Shown here piece after piece: positions 9,669-17,265 of a DNA stretch of 23,788 nucleotides (positions are counted from its first letter, which is position 1; each line of letters begins with the position of its first letter). Made by a program: the position numbers and the translations under genes. The stretch is from Shigella phage fPSFA: the sequence record OR670332; one strand, given 5' to 3'. The notes beneath the pieces are model-generated. The model saw only the letters and a list, made by a program, of their open reading frames with translations, was not told where the DNA came from and did no database searches.

Positions 9669-10203
9669 TATCTCGGCCCTCAAAAATAGCGTCTATTCCC
9701 ATGATAAGCTCAGCTTCCAGCATACTTATCTCTTCCCCCGTTGCCGATTTGAACGCTTCGAGGTCATGCCAGTTTAGCATTTCCCGTGCTATAAGCGTTA
9801 TCTCGGATGTTGTTTCGCGCTGTATGAACTTCAATTTTCGGTACTTATCCATTAATTCATGGAAAATAAAAGGCGGATGCTTGTCTTCCGCCTTAGCAGT
9901 TTTAGTGGCTGCTATTTTCCCCATCGCGATAAGGGCCGCCTCATGCCCGGCGGCTATGTTGTCGAATTTTTGTTTAGCGTCTCGTTCGACGAACAACCAA
10001 CGGGCATAGTCATACAGCGCCTCTACTTTTCCAACAATAATTCCTTGCTCTTGGTGTGATGCGCCAAAATTAACTCGCTTAACCCCCGGTACTGTAGCAG
10101 GAGATTTTCCAGGGACTCTAGTGTGAACGGTTCGTCGAAGGACCAACCGGTTACTATCTCTTTCGCCATCTGATGGTTTAGTTTTTCGACGGCCCACGTA
10201 TAT
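9661..10203 (-). CDS. tail assembly chaperone, -1 frame extension (gpT-like part of a putative G-T fusion)
   Basis: ORF in the -1 frame relative to the upstream chaperone. It overlaps that gene's 3' end for about 180 nt and ends 8 nt inside the tape measure gene. This is the G/GT architecture conserved upstream of tape measure genes. Confidence 0.45.
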   Translation of the reverse strand: MYVGRRKTKPSDGERDSNRLVLRRTVHTRVPGKSPATVPGVKRVNFGASHQEQGIIVGKVEALYDYARWLFVERDAKQKFDNIAAGHEAALIAMGKIAATKTAKAEDKHPPFIFHELMDKYRKLKFIQRETTSEITLIAREMLNWHDLEAFKSATGEEISMLEAELIMGIDAIFEGRDNG

Positions 10204-10439
10204 TCATTGTTATACAGGGTCCAGTCCCCTTTTTCCTTGCATTGGCCATCCAATTCGGACAGCGAGTCTTTCAGGGCGTATACCGCTCGCGTATAAGCCC
10301 GTCCTGCTCTAATCGCGGCATCGCAATCAGGTCCAACTACTTGAAGCCACTCACCGGAGTCTTTGCCGTTGGGCAGGGGAATGGGCATCCTGGTCCCTTC
10401 CTGGTGCTTTTCTACAAAATAAAAATCGCTAAGTTTCAT
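10023..10439 (-). CDS. tail assembly chaperone (gpG-like)
   Basis: 138-aa ORF directly upstream of the tape measure gene, with AAGGA 7 nt upstream of the ATG, and overlapped by the -1 frame ORF. Confidence 0.6.
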   Translation of the reverse strand: MKLSDFYFVEKHQEGTRMPIPLPNGKDSGEWLQVVGPDCDAAIRAGRAYTRAVYALKDSLSELDGQCKEKGDWTLYNNEYTWAVEKLNHQMAKEIVTGWSFDEPFTLESLENLLLQYRGLSELILAHHTKSKELLLEK

Positions 10440-10546
10440 AATAATATCCTTTGGTTAGTCGGTTACAGGTTGGATAGTTGCGTCAGGCGGGAACCACCCG
10501 CTTTTCCGGTGCGACCGTAGACGCTAAATAAGAATAGCAAAATAGC

Positions 10547-10575
10547 TTGCGCAACCGTTAATAGTGTCCTATTAT
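10547..10575 (+). promoter_or_regulatory. putative sigma70-type promoter for the plus-strand accessory module
   Basis: TTGCGC (10547-10552), 17-nt spacer, TATTAT (10570-10575), about 40 nt upstream of the AAGAGG RBS of the 10617 gene. Located in a divergent intergenic region. Confidence 0.4.
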
Positions 10576-10616
10576 CCTACACATCAACAATACATTGTTT
10601 AGTTAAAGAGGTTGCT

Positions 10617-10946
10617 ATGAAGACATTAATCGCTCTAGGTTTGCTAACTGTTTCTTTACAGTCATTCGCCCATCCTTGTGAAACTATTTTTAGCGAAACG
10701 GTCCTTAATACGTCAGGTGCCCTTGACGGTCACGACCAAAAGTTAGTACACGCGTTCCGAACTTCTGCGATAGATGAATGTATAGCCGCCGAAAAAATAG
10801 GTAAATCCGGTCTCCCGGCGCAGGTTGTCACTTATTCGGTTATTAGTTCAGTCGAAACTGGTGGAAATGCATTCTATAGTCTGTTAACCGCAACAAGGCT
10901 TCAAATGGCGTTGGCTGGGTGGGCCATGGGGTCGGAGAGTAAATGA
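10617..10946 (+). CDS. small secreted/periplasmic protein (signal peptide), function unknown
   Basis: N-terminus MKTLIALGLLTVSLQSFA-HP looks like a Sec signal peptide with an A-x-A-like cleavage site. AAGAGG RBS upstream. Confidence 0.6.
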   Translation: MKTLIALGLLTVSLQSFAHPCETIFSETVLNTSGALDGHDQKLVHAFRTSAIDECIAAEKIGKSGLPAQVVTYSVISSVETGGNAFYSLLTATRLQMALAGWAMGSESK

Positions 10947-11008
10947 TCTGGCTAAATTAAACTTACATTATTAGAATCAGATTTGTCTTAAACAATCAGG
11001 AAATAAGC

Positions 11009-12148
11009 ATGGTCACTCGCAAAATAACAGATGAACAGTTGCAGCAAGAGCTAAATGCGGGCCTCGGCCCCACAGAAATAGCTAAAAAGTACAATATGTC
11101 ACGCCGTAATGTTCAGCTTCGTTCTGCGCGCCTGGCGAAGAAAGGCGTCGGACACGGGCGCGACGTAAGCCACCTTGTGCCAGATGGGTATAAAATTAAA
11201 GGTACGTCGTCGCTGGTAGATGAATTCGGTAACACGAAACTTCAATGGGTGAAAACAGATACTGATGCTGAACGTCAGGTAGAATTAATGCGCGCGGTCA
11301 TCGACGGAATGAAGTCTGATATTACGCCGGTTTCTGCGGTCCCTCCTCCTAAAAAGCGGCTAAACGAAAAGTTGCTAAATCTTTACACTGTTTCTGACTT
11401 CCATTTAGGTATGCTGGCCTGGGCGGATGAGAGCGGTGATGACTGGGACATGAAGATTGCGGAAGACCTTTTCTCTAAATGGTTTGACGCCGCGTTTCAG
11501 AAAGCACCCGACGCTGGTGTTGGTGTTATTAATCTCTTAGGGGACTTTGCCCACTTCGATAGCCTTGACGCCGTTACACCCGAGTCACGCCATGTGTTGG
11601 ACGCGGATACGCGTTACCAGAAGTTGGTACGCTACATGATTCGTATGGTCCGCCGTGTTGTGGATATGGCGCTGGTTAAGCATCACACAGTCAAACTTTT
11701 AATCGTTCAAGGCAACCACGACCCTGTCGGTTCAGTATGGCTGTCCGAAATGTTCTGCGCATTGTATGGCAACGAACCTCGCGTATTTGTGGACACCTCC
11801 CCTGACGTATATAAGATGGTTCAGCATGGGAAAACTACGCTATTCATGCACCACGGACACCGTGCGAGATTCGACGCCATAGAGTCAGTAATGATTTCTA
11901 AATTCCGTAAGGCTTTCGGTGAAAGCACATACAGTTACGCCCATGTAGGTCATCTACATCATCAGAAACTAGTAGAGAGCCGTAATATGGTAGTCGAACA
12001 GCATCGCACCCTGGCGGCAAAAGATGCTTACGCATCGCGAGGGGGTTGGATGTCGGGCCGTAGTGCTAACGTGATAACCTATAGTGCCGAATATGGGGAG
12101 GTGGCGCGCCTCACAATATCACCAGAAATGATAGGGGGTATAAATTGA
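11009..12148 (+). CDS. HTH domain fused to calcineurin-like metallophosphoesterase
   Basis: N-terminal HTH-like segment (LGPTEIAKKYNMSRRNVQLRSARL). Phosphoesterase motifs VSDFHLG, LGDFAHFD, VQGNHD, MHHGH, HVGHLHH. AGGAAA RBS upstream. Confidence 0.7.
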   Translation: MVTRKITDEQLQQELNAGLGPTEIAKKYNMSRRNVQLRSARLAKKGVGHGRDVSHLVPDGYKIKGTSSLVDEFGNTKLQWVKTDTDAERQVELMRAVIDGMKSDITPVSAVPPPKKRLNEKLLNLYTVSDFHLGMLAWADESGDDWDMKIAEDLFSKWFDAAFQKAPDAGVGVINLLGDFAHFDSLDAVTPESRHVLDADTRYQKLVRYMIRMVRRVVDMALVKHHTVKLLIVQGNHDPVGSVWLSEMFCALYGNEPRVFVDTSPDVYKMVQHGKTTLFMHHGHRARFDAIESVMISKFRKAFGESTYSYAHVGHLHHQKLVESRNMVVEQHRTLAAKDAYASRGGWMSGRSANVITYSAEYGEVARLTISPEMIGGIN

Positions 12149-12618
12149 CATGGAATGATGTTTACGAATACGAAAACGGGAATCTTTACGCTAAGGACAG
12201 CGTAAACCCTAAGTACCAGAAAGGGCGTAAAGTAGGGTACGTTGATCAACGCGGATATGTAAGAACTAAACTAGGGCCAAAAATGACATTCGCCCACAGA
12301 ATTATATGGGAAATGTTTAACGGAGCTATACCGGAAGGCAAGGAGATTGACCATATAAACGGTGTGAAAAGCGATAACCATATAAAGAATCTTCGGCTAT
12401 GCGACCGGCGCATAAACTGCAAAAACGCGGCAAAGCGCAGGGATAACTCGTCTGGTGTTACTGGGGTCAGTAAAACATATAACGGTAAATGGGTAGTTCA
12501 AATTCAATATAACGGAAATAGAATAGCCAAGCGTTTCGACAACAAAGAAGACGCCATAAGATATGCCGAATGTTTTTACAAAGAAAAGAAAGACTTTACT
12601 GAGAGGCACGGAAAATGA
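12145..12618 (+). CDS. HNH homing endonuclease with AP2 DNA-binding domain
   Basis: HNH motif IDHINGVKSDNHIKNLRLCDRRINCKN, followed by an AP2-like segment SSGVTGVSKTYNGKWVVQIQYNGNRIAKRFDNKEDAIRYAE. Apparent TTG start overlapping the previous stop. Confidence 0.8.
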   Translation: MTWNDVYEYENGNLYAKDSVNPKYQKGRKVGYVDQRGYVRTKLGPKMTFAHRIIWEMFNGAIPEGKEIDHINGVKSDNHIKNLRLCDRRINCKNAAKRRDNSSGVTGVSKTYNGKWVVQIQYNGNRIAKRFDNKEDAIRYAECFYKEKKDFTERHGK

Positions 12619-12845
12619 CAAACAAATATAACCGTACAATGACAAACACCGAAGGTGACAGCATTACCTGTGATGTGTATGACGTTCTGAGAGCCTTTGA
12701 TATCCGCGACCCTGCACTACAGCACGCATTGAAGAAGCTGTTGTGTACTGGTTTACGAGGGCATAAAGATGCTGATACTGACCTACGCGAGGCAATGGAG
12801 AGTCTGGATAAATACCGACTATATCTGAGTAATCTTGAAGAATGA
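12615..12845 (+). CDS. small hypothetical protein (76 aa)
   Basis: ATGA overlap with the HNH gene stop; the ORF ends directly at the terminator. Confidence 0.5.
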   Translation: MTNKYNRTMTNTEGDSITCDVYDVLRAFDIRDPALQHALKKLLCTGLRGHKDADTDLREAMESLDKYRLYLSNLEE

Positions 12846-12849
12846 AATT

Positions 12850-12876
12850 AAGGCCCCGAAAGGGGCCTTTTTCTTA
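12850..12876. terminator. bidirectional intrinsic terminator between accessory module and major tail gene
   Basis: AAGGCCCC-GAAA-GGGGCCTT followed by TTTCTT on the plus strand, and a U-rich run on the minus strand as well. The 20-mer core is identical to the one at 1360-1379. Confidence 0.65.
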
Positions 12877-14043
12877 GGCATACTTAATGCGCTGGATAAC
12901 AATCGATGACTGGAACTGGTTCCCGGTTGCCTGTCCCTCAAGAGAAAGGGTGATAGACTCAGGGCCGCCGATTTCCGGAGTTGCAGACGTCAGTGAAGCA
13001 CGTTTTAGTGTAAAGCTCATTGCGCCATCCGGGCCATCAAGGACCGAAGATACCTCCATTTCTGTTTCATCCAGGAATTTATTTAACAGCGTCAGGTCGT
13101 ACAGTTTACCAGCCAGTGAGAAAGTGTTAGCCGCGCGGCCGCGCTCAACAAATGCCACGCTGTTATTTCCCAACTCGAACTGTGCGGATGCGCCGTTGTC
13201 GTTAGTAATGGTGAACGTGTCGATAAGTTTAAGCGGCGCGGCTCCGTCATAAGCAGATACATCAACCGATGCAAACGGACGGGCGCTAAAATTGGTCGTG
13301 AAATCTGAACCACTCGGCGGTGCTTGTAAGATTTCCTGATTCAAGCCGATGAACGGGAATGAACCTGTCACCATAGCGTTAACCGCCTGTTCTATAGTGA
13401 ACCCGGTAAACTCAACGCCACGGGTTACGATATATGAATCCGGGTTTCCGCACTTACCTTTCAACCACGTAAGAATCGAATATGTCTTACACAAGTTACC
13501 GGTTTCCAGTTTATCTGCGATACGCAAATTGGCCTGGACGTCGGATTCGGCGGTAAGGGTATGCTGGATACCCGCACCGGTTACGACTGTAGCGGTTACT
13601 GCGGTAACGAGGAAAGCTTTATCGTTATTACCCGACAAACCATCGAATTGCACCAGGTCGCCTACTTCAACGCCGTCTGTCACAAAGCTACCGGTAGCGC
13701 GTGTAAAAGTTTTCGCTGCTGGGGCTACGGTGATACCAATGCCTGATAGAGTTGACCCGGCCACCCATGAACTAGTCATCGCACCGGCCAACAGCTCGTC
13801 CTGACTGGTCGCGCTCAGTTCAATAGCGTATTCACCTGTTACCTGACGGTTGCCGGTGCGGATGGACGATGTTTCACGGCTGCCGTCGAGCTCGTTGGAA
13901 ATGAGGGCGTCGCGCGTTACGGCCGGAATGCCACCAGTGTTGCGGAGCGGCTGCCATACCGGATTATCGGGCGTCACACCCGGCGTCGTCTCAAGAACGT
14001 AAAATTGCGCGGTCATCGCGCCCTTATATGGTTGTAACGCCAT
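12874..14043 (-). CDS. major tail (tube) protein
   Basis: 389-aa ORF immediately downstream of the head-tail joining and terminator genes and upstream of the tail chaperone/tape measure block. Call is by position. Confidence 0.55.
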   Translation of the reverse strand: MALQPYKGAMTAQFYVLETTPGVTPDNPVWQPLRNTGGIPAVTRDALISNELDGSRETSSIRTGNRQVTGEYAIELSATSQDELLAGAMTSSWVAGSTLSGIGITVAPAAKTFTRATGSFVTDGVEVGDLVQFDGLSGNNDKAFLVTAVTATVVTGAGIQHTLTAESDVQANLRIADKLETGNLCKTYSILTWLKGKCGNPDSYIVTRGVEFTGFTIEQAVNAMVTGSFPFIGLNQEILQAPPSGSDFTTNFSARPFASVDVSAYDGAAPLKLIDTFTITNDNGASAQFELGNNSVAFVERGRAANTFSLAGKLYDLTLLNKFLDETEMEVSSVLDGPDGAMSFTLKRASLTSATPEIGGPESITLSLEGQATGNQFQSSIVIQRIKYA

Positions 14044-14462
14044 TATCTAATCCTCGCTGTAAAGGCTATGAAATTAATTGAGAGAGGCCTCTTCGCCCAT
14101 CCATTCTCAACAATAAGAGGACCGAGGCTTACTGATTGTACCTCAGCACAGATTTCGTTACGACTAAAACAGTTACCGGCGGCGAAGGTGGCGTTTAGCT
14201 TATCAGCTAACCGGTTGAGAGGGGCGCTACCCAAGGTAGACCCAACGTTAATGTCCACCTGATAAATACCTGCCCGTTGTTCGGTCCAGAACAGGTCAGC
14301 TTGTTCCGTATCGGCCAACAACATATAACTCGCCAAATATGGTACATCCGTAGACGTCGGTGCGTCTATGTTCTCTAACGCAACCATGATGTCGTTGTCG
14401 GTGCCAAATGCCGCCAGTGCCGTGTCGAATGCTTTCGTTAAGTCCTCAAAATATGTTGCCAT
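14043..14462 (-). CDS. tail terminator / tail completion protein
   Basis: 139-aa ORF directly upstream of the major tail gene, with a TAATG-type overlap. Call is by position. Confidence 0.45.
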   Translation of the reverse strand: MATYFEDLTKAFDTALAAFGTDNDIMVALENIDAPTSTDVPYLASYMLLADTEQADLFWTEQRAGIYQVDINVGSTLGSAPLNRLADKLNATFAAGNCFSRNEICAEVQSVSLGPLIVENGWAKRPLSINFIAFTARIR

Positions 14463-14857
14463 TATTTCACCTTAGAGGCTTCTTCATTTAATAGTTGCTG
14501 GAAACGCGATATGTTAGTCCTTACCATGCCCTGCGGGGCCTGTTGTGACCAACCGTACTCCAGACGTTGCGCATACGGCAAATTGTTAGTAAGAGTGAAG
14601 GTATGCCAGTCCGCGGCGTTTAGCACAAAACTAGTAGCATTACCGGTTGCCGTGTTGCCGGATTTATCGGTGGCGTCCGTAGTTCCATCGGCGGGGGTGC
14701 TTCCTGACGCCATCCAGTTCATACGAAATCGCCCTGTATCTACCGGACTCGCTTTGATAATCGCAGAAAACAACTTTATAGAAACCTGACGCATTACCTT
14801 CTCGGGATTCTTCTTAGCCTTTTCCACGAACTTGGACACATCAAGCGCAAAACTCAT
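14462..14857 (-). CDS. HK97 gp10-like neck / head-tail joining protein
   Basis: Motifs VDTGRFRMNW and NNLPYAQRLEYGWSQQAP resemble the HK97 gp10 family signature (recalled). Confidence 0.55.
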   Translation of the reverse strand: MSFALDVSKFVEKAKKNPEKVMRQVSIKLFSAIIKASPVDTGRFRMNWMASGSTPADGTTDATDKSGNTATGNATSFVLNAADWHTFTLTNNLPYAQRLEYGWSQQAPQGMVRTNISRFQQLLNEEASKVK

Positions 14858-15213
14858 TTTCTCACCTGAATAAAGTATGCCACAACATCATCGTTAACCA
14901 TCTTCTTCTCAATAGCAACTACAGACCATTGTTCACCGCTAAACCGCACCTTGTCATCCATCTTCGGCACCACACTGTAATCCGCTTTAACCATCATGTC
15001 GCCCGCCTGTATAGTAGTTCCGTTCACGAGCCCTGCATTAACGGGTACAGGAACCGCTTTAAGAGGGAGTACGACGTCAGGCCCCCACACGTACTCCCCT
15101 AAAACAGGGTCCCATGTTTTCTGGCCTTTGCGCACCAAAGTTACCGTGCTGCCGTATTTTGATAGTAGGCGAGTACCTACCCCTTGCATCCGTTTACTAA
15201 AAGCGGTGCTCAT
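14854..15213 (-). CDS. head-tail joining / head completion protein
   Basis: 119-aa ORF in the connector gene run, with overlapping start and stop codons on both sides. Confidence 0.45.
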   Translation of the reverse strand: MSTAFSKRMQGVGTRLLSKYGSTVTLVRKGQKTWDPVLGEYVWGPDVVLPLKAVPVPVNAGLVNGTTIQAGDMMVKADYSVVPKMDDKVRFSGEQWSVVAIEKKMVNDDVVAYFIQVRK

Positions 15214-15818
15214 TACAGACCCTCCAGTCTTGAGATGACTAGCAATGCAGACGGGGCCACACCCCAGGAGGTAACTGTTGCCACTTGAGGGTACAGCCCG
15301 CCGAAGTTAGAACCGGAGGCGTCGCGCATAATCTCTACCGTAAAAGTCTGCCCGGCGGTAGCATTCACAACTACACGAGATTCAATTGGGATTGTGGAAT
15401 CCGCACTCGTTAATTTAGTTGCGGCTGGTGACCCGAATTGCGCGCCACCTAGCATAACTCGCGACAGGATGATAGACGTTCCACTCGCACCGGTGCGCCC
15501 GGCCTGCAACTTAACACGGATAGCGTAGTTACCGGCGACGTTGAACGTAACTACCCCGGAAGCGCTAATCATTACAGGGTCGGCGCTTGTTTTCTGCGCA
15601 CCACCAAAGGCTACAGTTAATGCCGTGCCGGTTGTAGTAGGTGCCTGAATATCCGCAGACGATGCGCGAAGTACCTCCACTTCCTTGACACCATATAGCA
15701 TAGAGTCTGCCATCTGAGTGGTAACTTCGCGCAACTTTTCAGGTGTAATTAACCCGGACTGGTTATCAGGGAAGTTAGCGCCAATCAGGGCGAATATTTC
15801 CGATTTAGTTTTAGCCAT
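15213..15818 (-). CDS. hypothetical virion protein (Gly/Ala/Thr-rich, beta-type composition)
   Basis: 201-aa ORF within the structural run; N-terminus MAKTKSEIFALIGANFPDNQSGLITPEKLREV. Function not recognised. Confidence 0.5.
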   Translation of the reverse strand: MAKTKSEIFALIGANFPDNQSGLITPEKLREVTTQMADSMLYGVKEVEVLRASSADIQAPTTTGTALTVAFGGAQKTSADPVMISASGVVTFNVAGNYAIRVKLQAGRTGASGTSIILSRVMLGGAQFGSPAATKLTSADSTIPIESRVVVNATAGQTFTVEIMRDASGSNFGGLYPQVATVTSWGVAPSALLVISRLEGL

Positions 15819-15820
15819 AA

Positions 15821-16330
15821 TTAACCCCGGAAAACATTAAAGGAGTAGGCATTATTGTTCCCGCATAAGAGGGGGCGTAACGCGTCATCGGCGGCCGTGA
15901 TACTCACGGTCCCGCCTGAATAGCCGTTCTTAAAGTAGGACACGGTCACCGCACCCTCAACTCGTTCGGTCTGCACCTCGCGCCCGTCAGTGGACCCGCG
16001 AACGTCGGTGCCCGCGCCGTATTCAACCGCGGCCATTACCTGCGCCTGAACAACTAACGGCGGGATAACGTTAGACGGCTGAGGGAACCCATGCAGGGTA
16101 ACGCCAGTTCGGGGGTACGCCAGTGCCTGGTTTGCGGATACACGGCGGCCGCACATCTGAGATTCAAAAAGCCCAACGTATACCGCGCCGTTGCGTAGCG
16201 CCGCTTCGGCCTTAGCATTATCTTCCGGCAGTTCAAGACCATACTTAGCGGCCAGCGCGCGTCCGTCTTCCAGGCTGACGTAAGAGTCGGCATTTGGGAG
16301 GCCTTGCCCCGTTTCCACGATAAGCGGCAT
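15821..16330 (-). CDS. hypothetical structural protein, possible head-tail connector/adaptor
   Basis: 169-aa ORF with GAGGAA 6 nt upstream of the ATG. Call is by position after the capsid genes only. Confidence 0.4.
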   Translation of the reverse strand: MPLIVETGQGLPNADSYVSLEDGRALAAKYGLELPEDNAKAEAALRNGAVYVGLFESQMCGRRVSANQALAYPRTGVTLHGFPQPSNVIPPLVVQAQVMAAVEYGAGTDVRGSTDGREVQTERVEGAVTVSYFKNGYSGGTVSITAADDALRPLLCGNNNAYSFNVFRG

Positions 16331-16333
16331 AAA

Positions 16334-16522
16334 TTATTCCTCTACGCTTTTGCGGCGACGACGTTGCTTAGGCTCCCCACCACCGTTGTAATGTGGTTCT
16401 TCTGCGACCGGTTGAGTCTCGATTAATGCACCCCGGTTAGCTTCTTCGCGCATCGGGACTAACTGCCCGTCAACCTTGACCACACCCTTGTATTGTTCCC
16501 GTACTACGTAATTATCTGTCAT
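16334..16522 (-). CDS. small hypothetical protein (62 aa)
   Basis: ORF fills the gap between flanking genes and has an AAGGA-like RBS. Confidence 0.4.
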   Translation of the reverse strand: MTDNYVVREQYKGVVKVDGQLVPMREEANRGALIETQPVAEEPHYNGGGEPKQRRRRKSVEE

Positions 16523-16558
16523 GTCTAATCCTTAAAGCGGCCCGGAGGCCGCGTGTAT

Positions 16559-16909
16559 TTAACTTACGGTAACTACCGTACTATCTGAAATGATATTACC
16601 GTAACCGTCGTGCGCTACGACTTTGTAAGTACCGGAATCCGCCGCTGCGGAGTTGGCCTTAGTGTAAGTCAAAGCGGTTGCACCAGCGATAGCGTTATTA
16701 TCCTTATACCATTGAACGGTTTTAGGGTCCATGCCGTCGGCGAGTTCCACGGTTAGTGTGATAGCCTGACCAGCGGTTACCGCGGTAGTATCATTGAGAC
16801 CGGTAGAGAAACGCAACGGCATTACGTTTTCCATATCAATCTCAACCTGCCCGTCCTGCGGACTATCATCAGATACACCAACAATACGACGTTTAATTAC
16901 ATCAACCAT
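16559..16909 (-). CDS. Ig-like domain protein (possible capsid decoration/accessory protein)
   Basis: Ig I-set-like segment TVQWYKDNNAI...SGTYKVVAHDGYGN. GAGGAGG 6 nt upstream of the ATG. Confidence 0.55.
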   Translation of the reverse strand: MVDVIKRRIVGVSDDSPQDGQVEIDMENVMPLRFSTGLNDTTAVTAGQAITLTVELADGMDPKTVQWYKDNNAIAGATALTYTKANSAAADSGTYKVVAHDGYGNIISDSTVVTVS

Positions 16910-16920
16910 TTTTATCCTCC

Positions 16921-17205
16921 TCAGGATACAGTACCAGCGTTTTTAAGGGCAGTTAGCAGACTAGCAACGGTGGTGCGCAATGAAGTCACATCCGTACGCA
17001 ACTTATTGTAGTTCGACACCAGTGCGTCAAACTCTTCTTTCGTCGGTGCGGCCGCGGCTGCTGCACCGCTCCCCGCGGTAATCGCTGGAGGTGCCGCTAC
17101 CGTTGCGGACTTTTTAACCCCTCCGATTGCCGTTGTGGTTGCAGCGGGAATATCTAGTTCCGCGTTAACCAGGCTGCGGGGTAGCCCTTTACCTGTCTTT
17201 GACAT
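16921..17205 (-). CDS. small hypothetical protein downstream of the capsid gene (94 aa from internal ATG)
   Basis: ATG at 17205 is preceded by GGAGG at 7 nt. The ORF track begins 15 codons further upstream without an RBS. Confidence 0.45.
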   Translation of the reverse strand: MSKTGKGLPRSLVNAELDIPAATTTAIGGVKKSATVAAPPAITAGSGAAAAAAPTKEEFDALVSNYNKLRTDVTSLRTTVASLLTALKNAGTVS

Positions 17206-17265
17206 TATATAGCCTCCGTATAAATGAAAAGAGGGACCGAAGTCCCTCAAGAGTATACCCTACGA

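Noticed and set aside
12397-13313. Minus-strand ORF 12397-12645 inside the HNH gene, and ORFs 12887-13252 (+) and 13092-13313 (-) overlapping the major tail gene
   Set aside because: They are antisense or alternative frames of better-supported genes and have no independent support.
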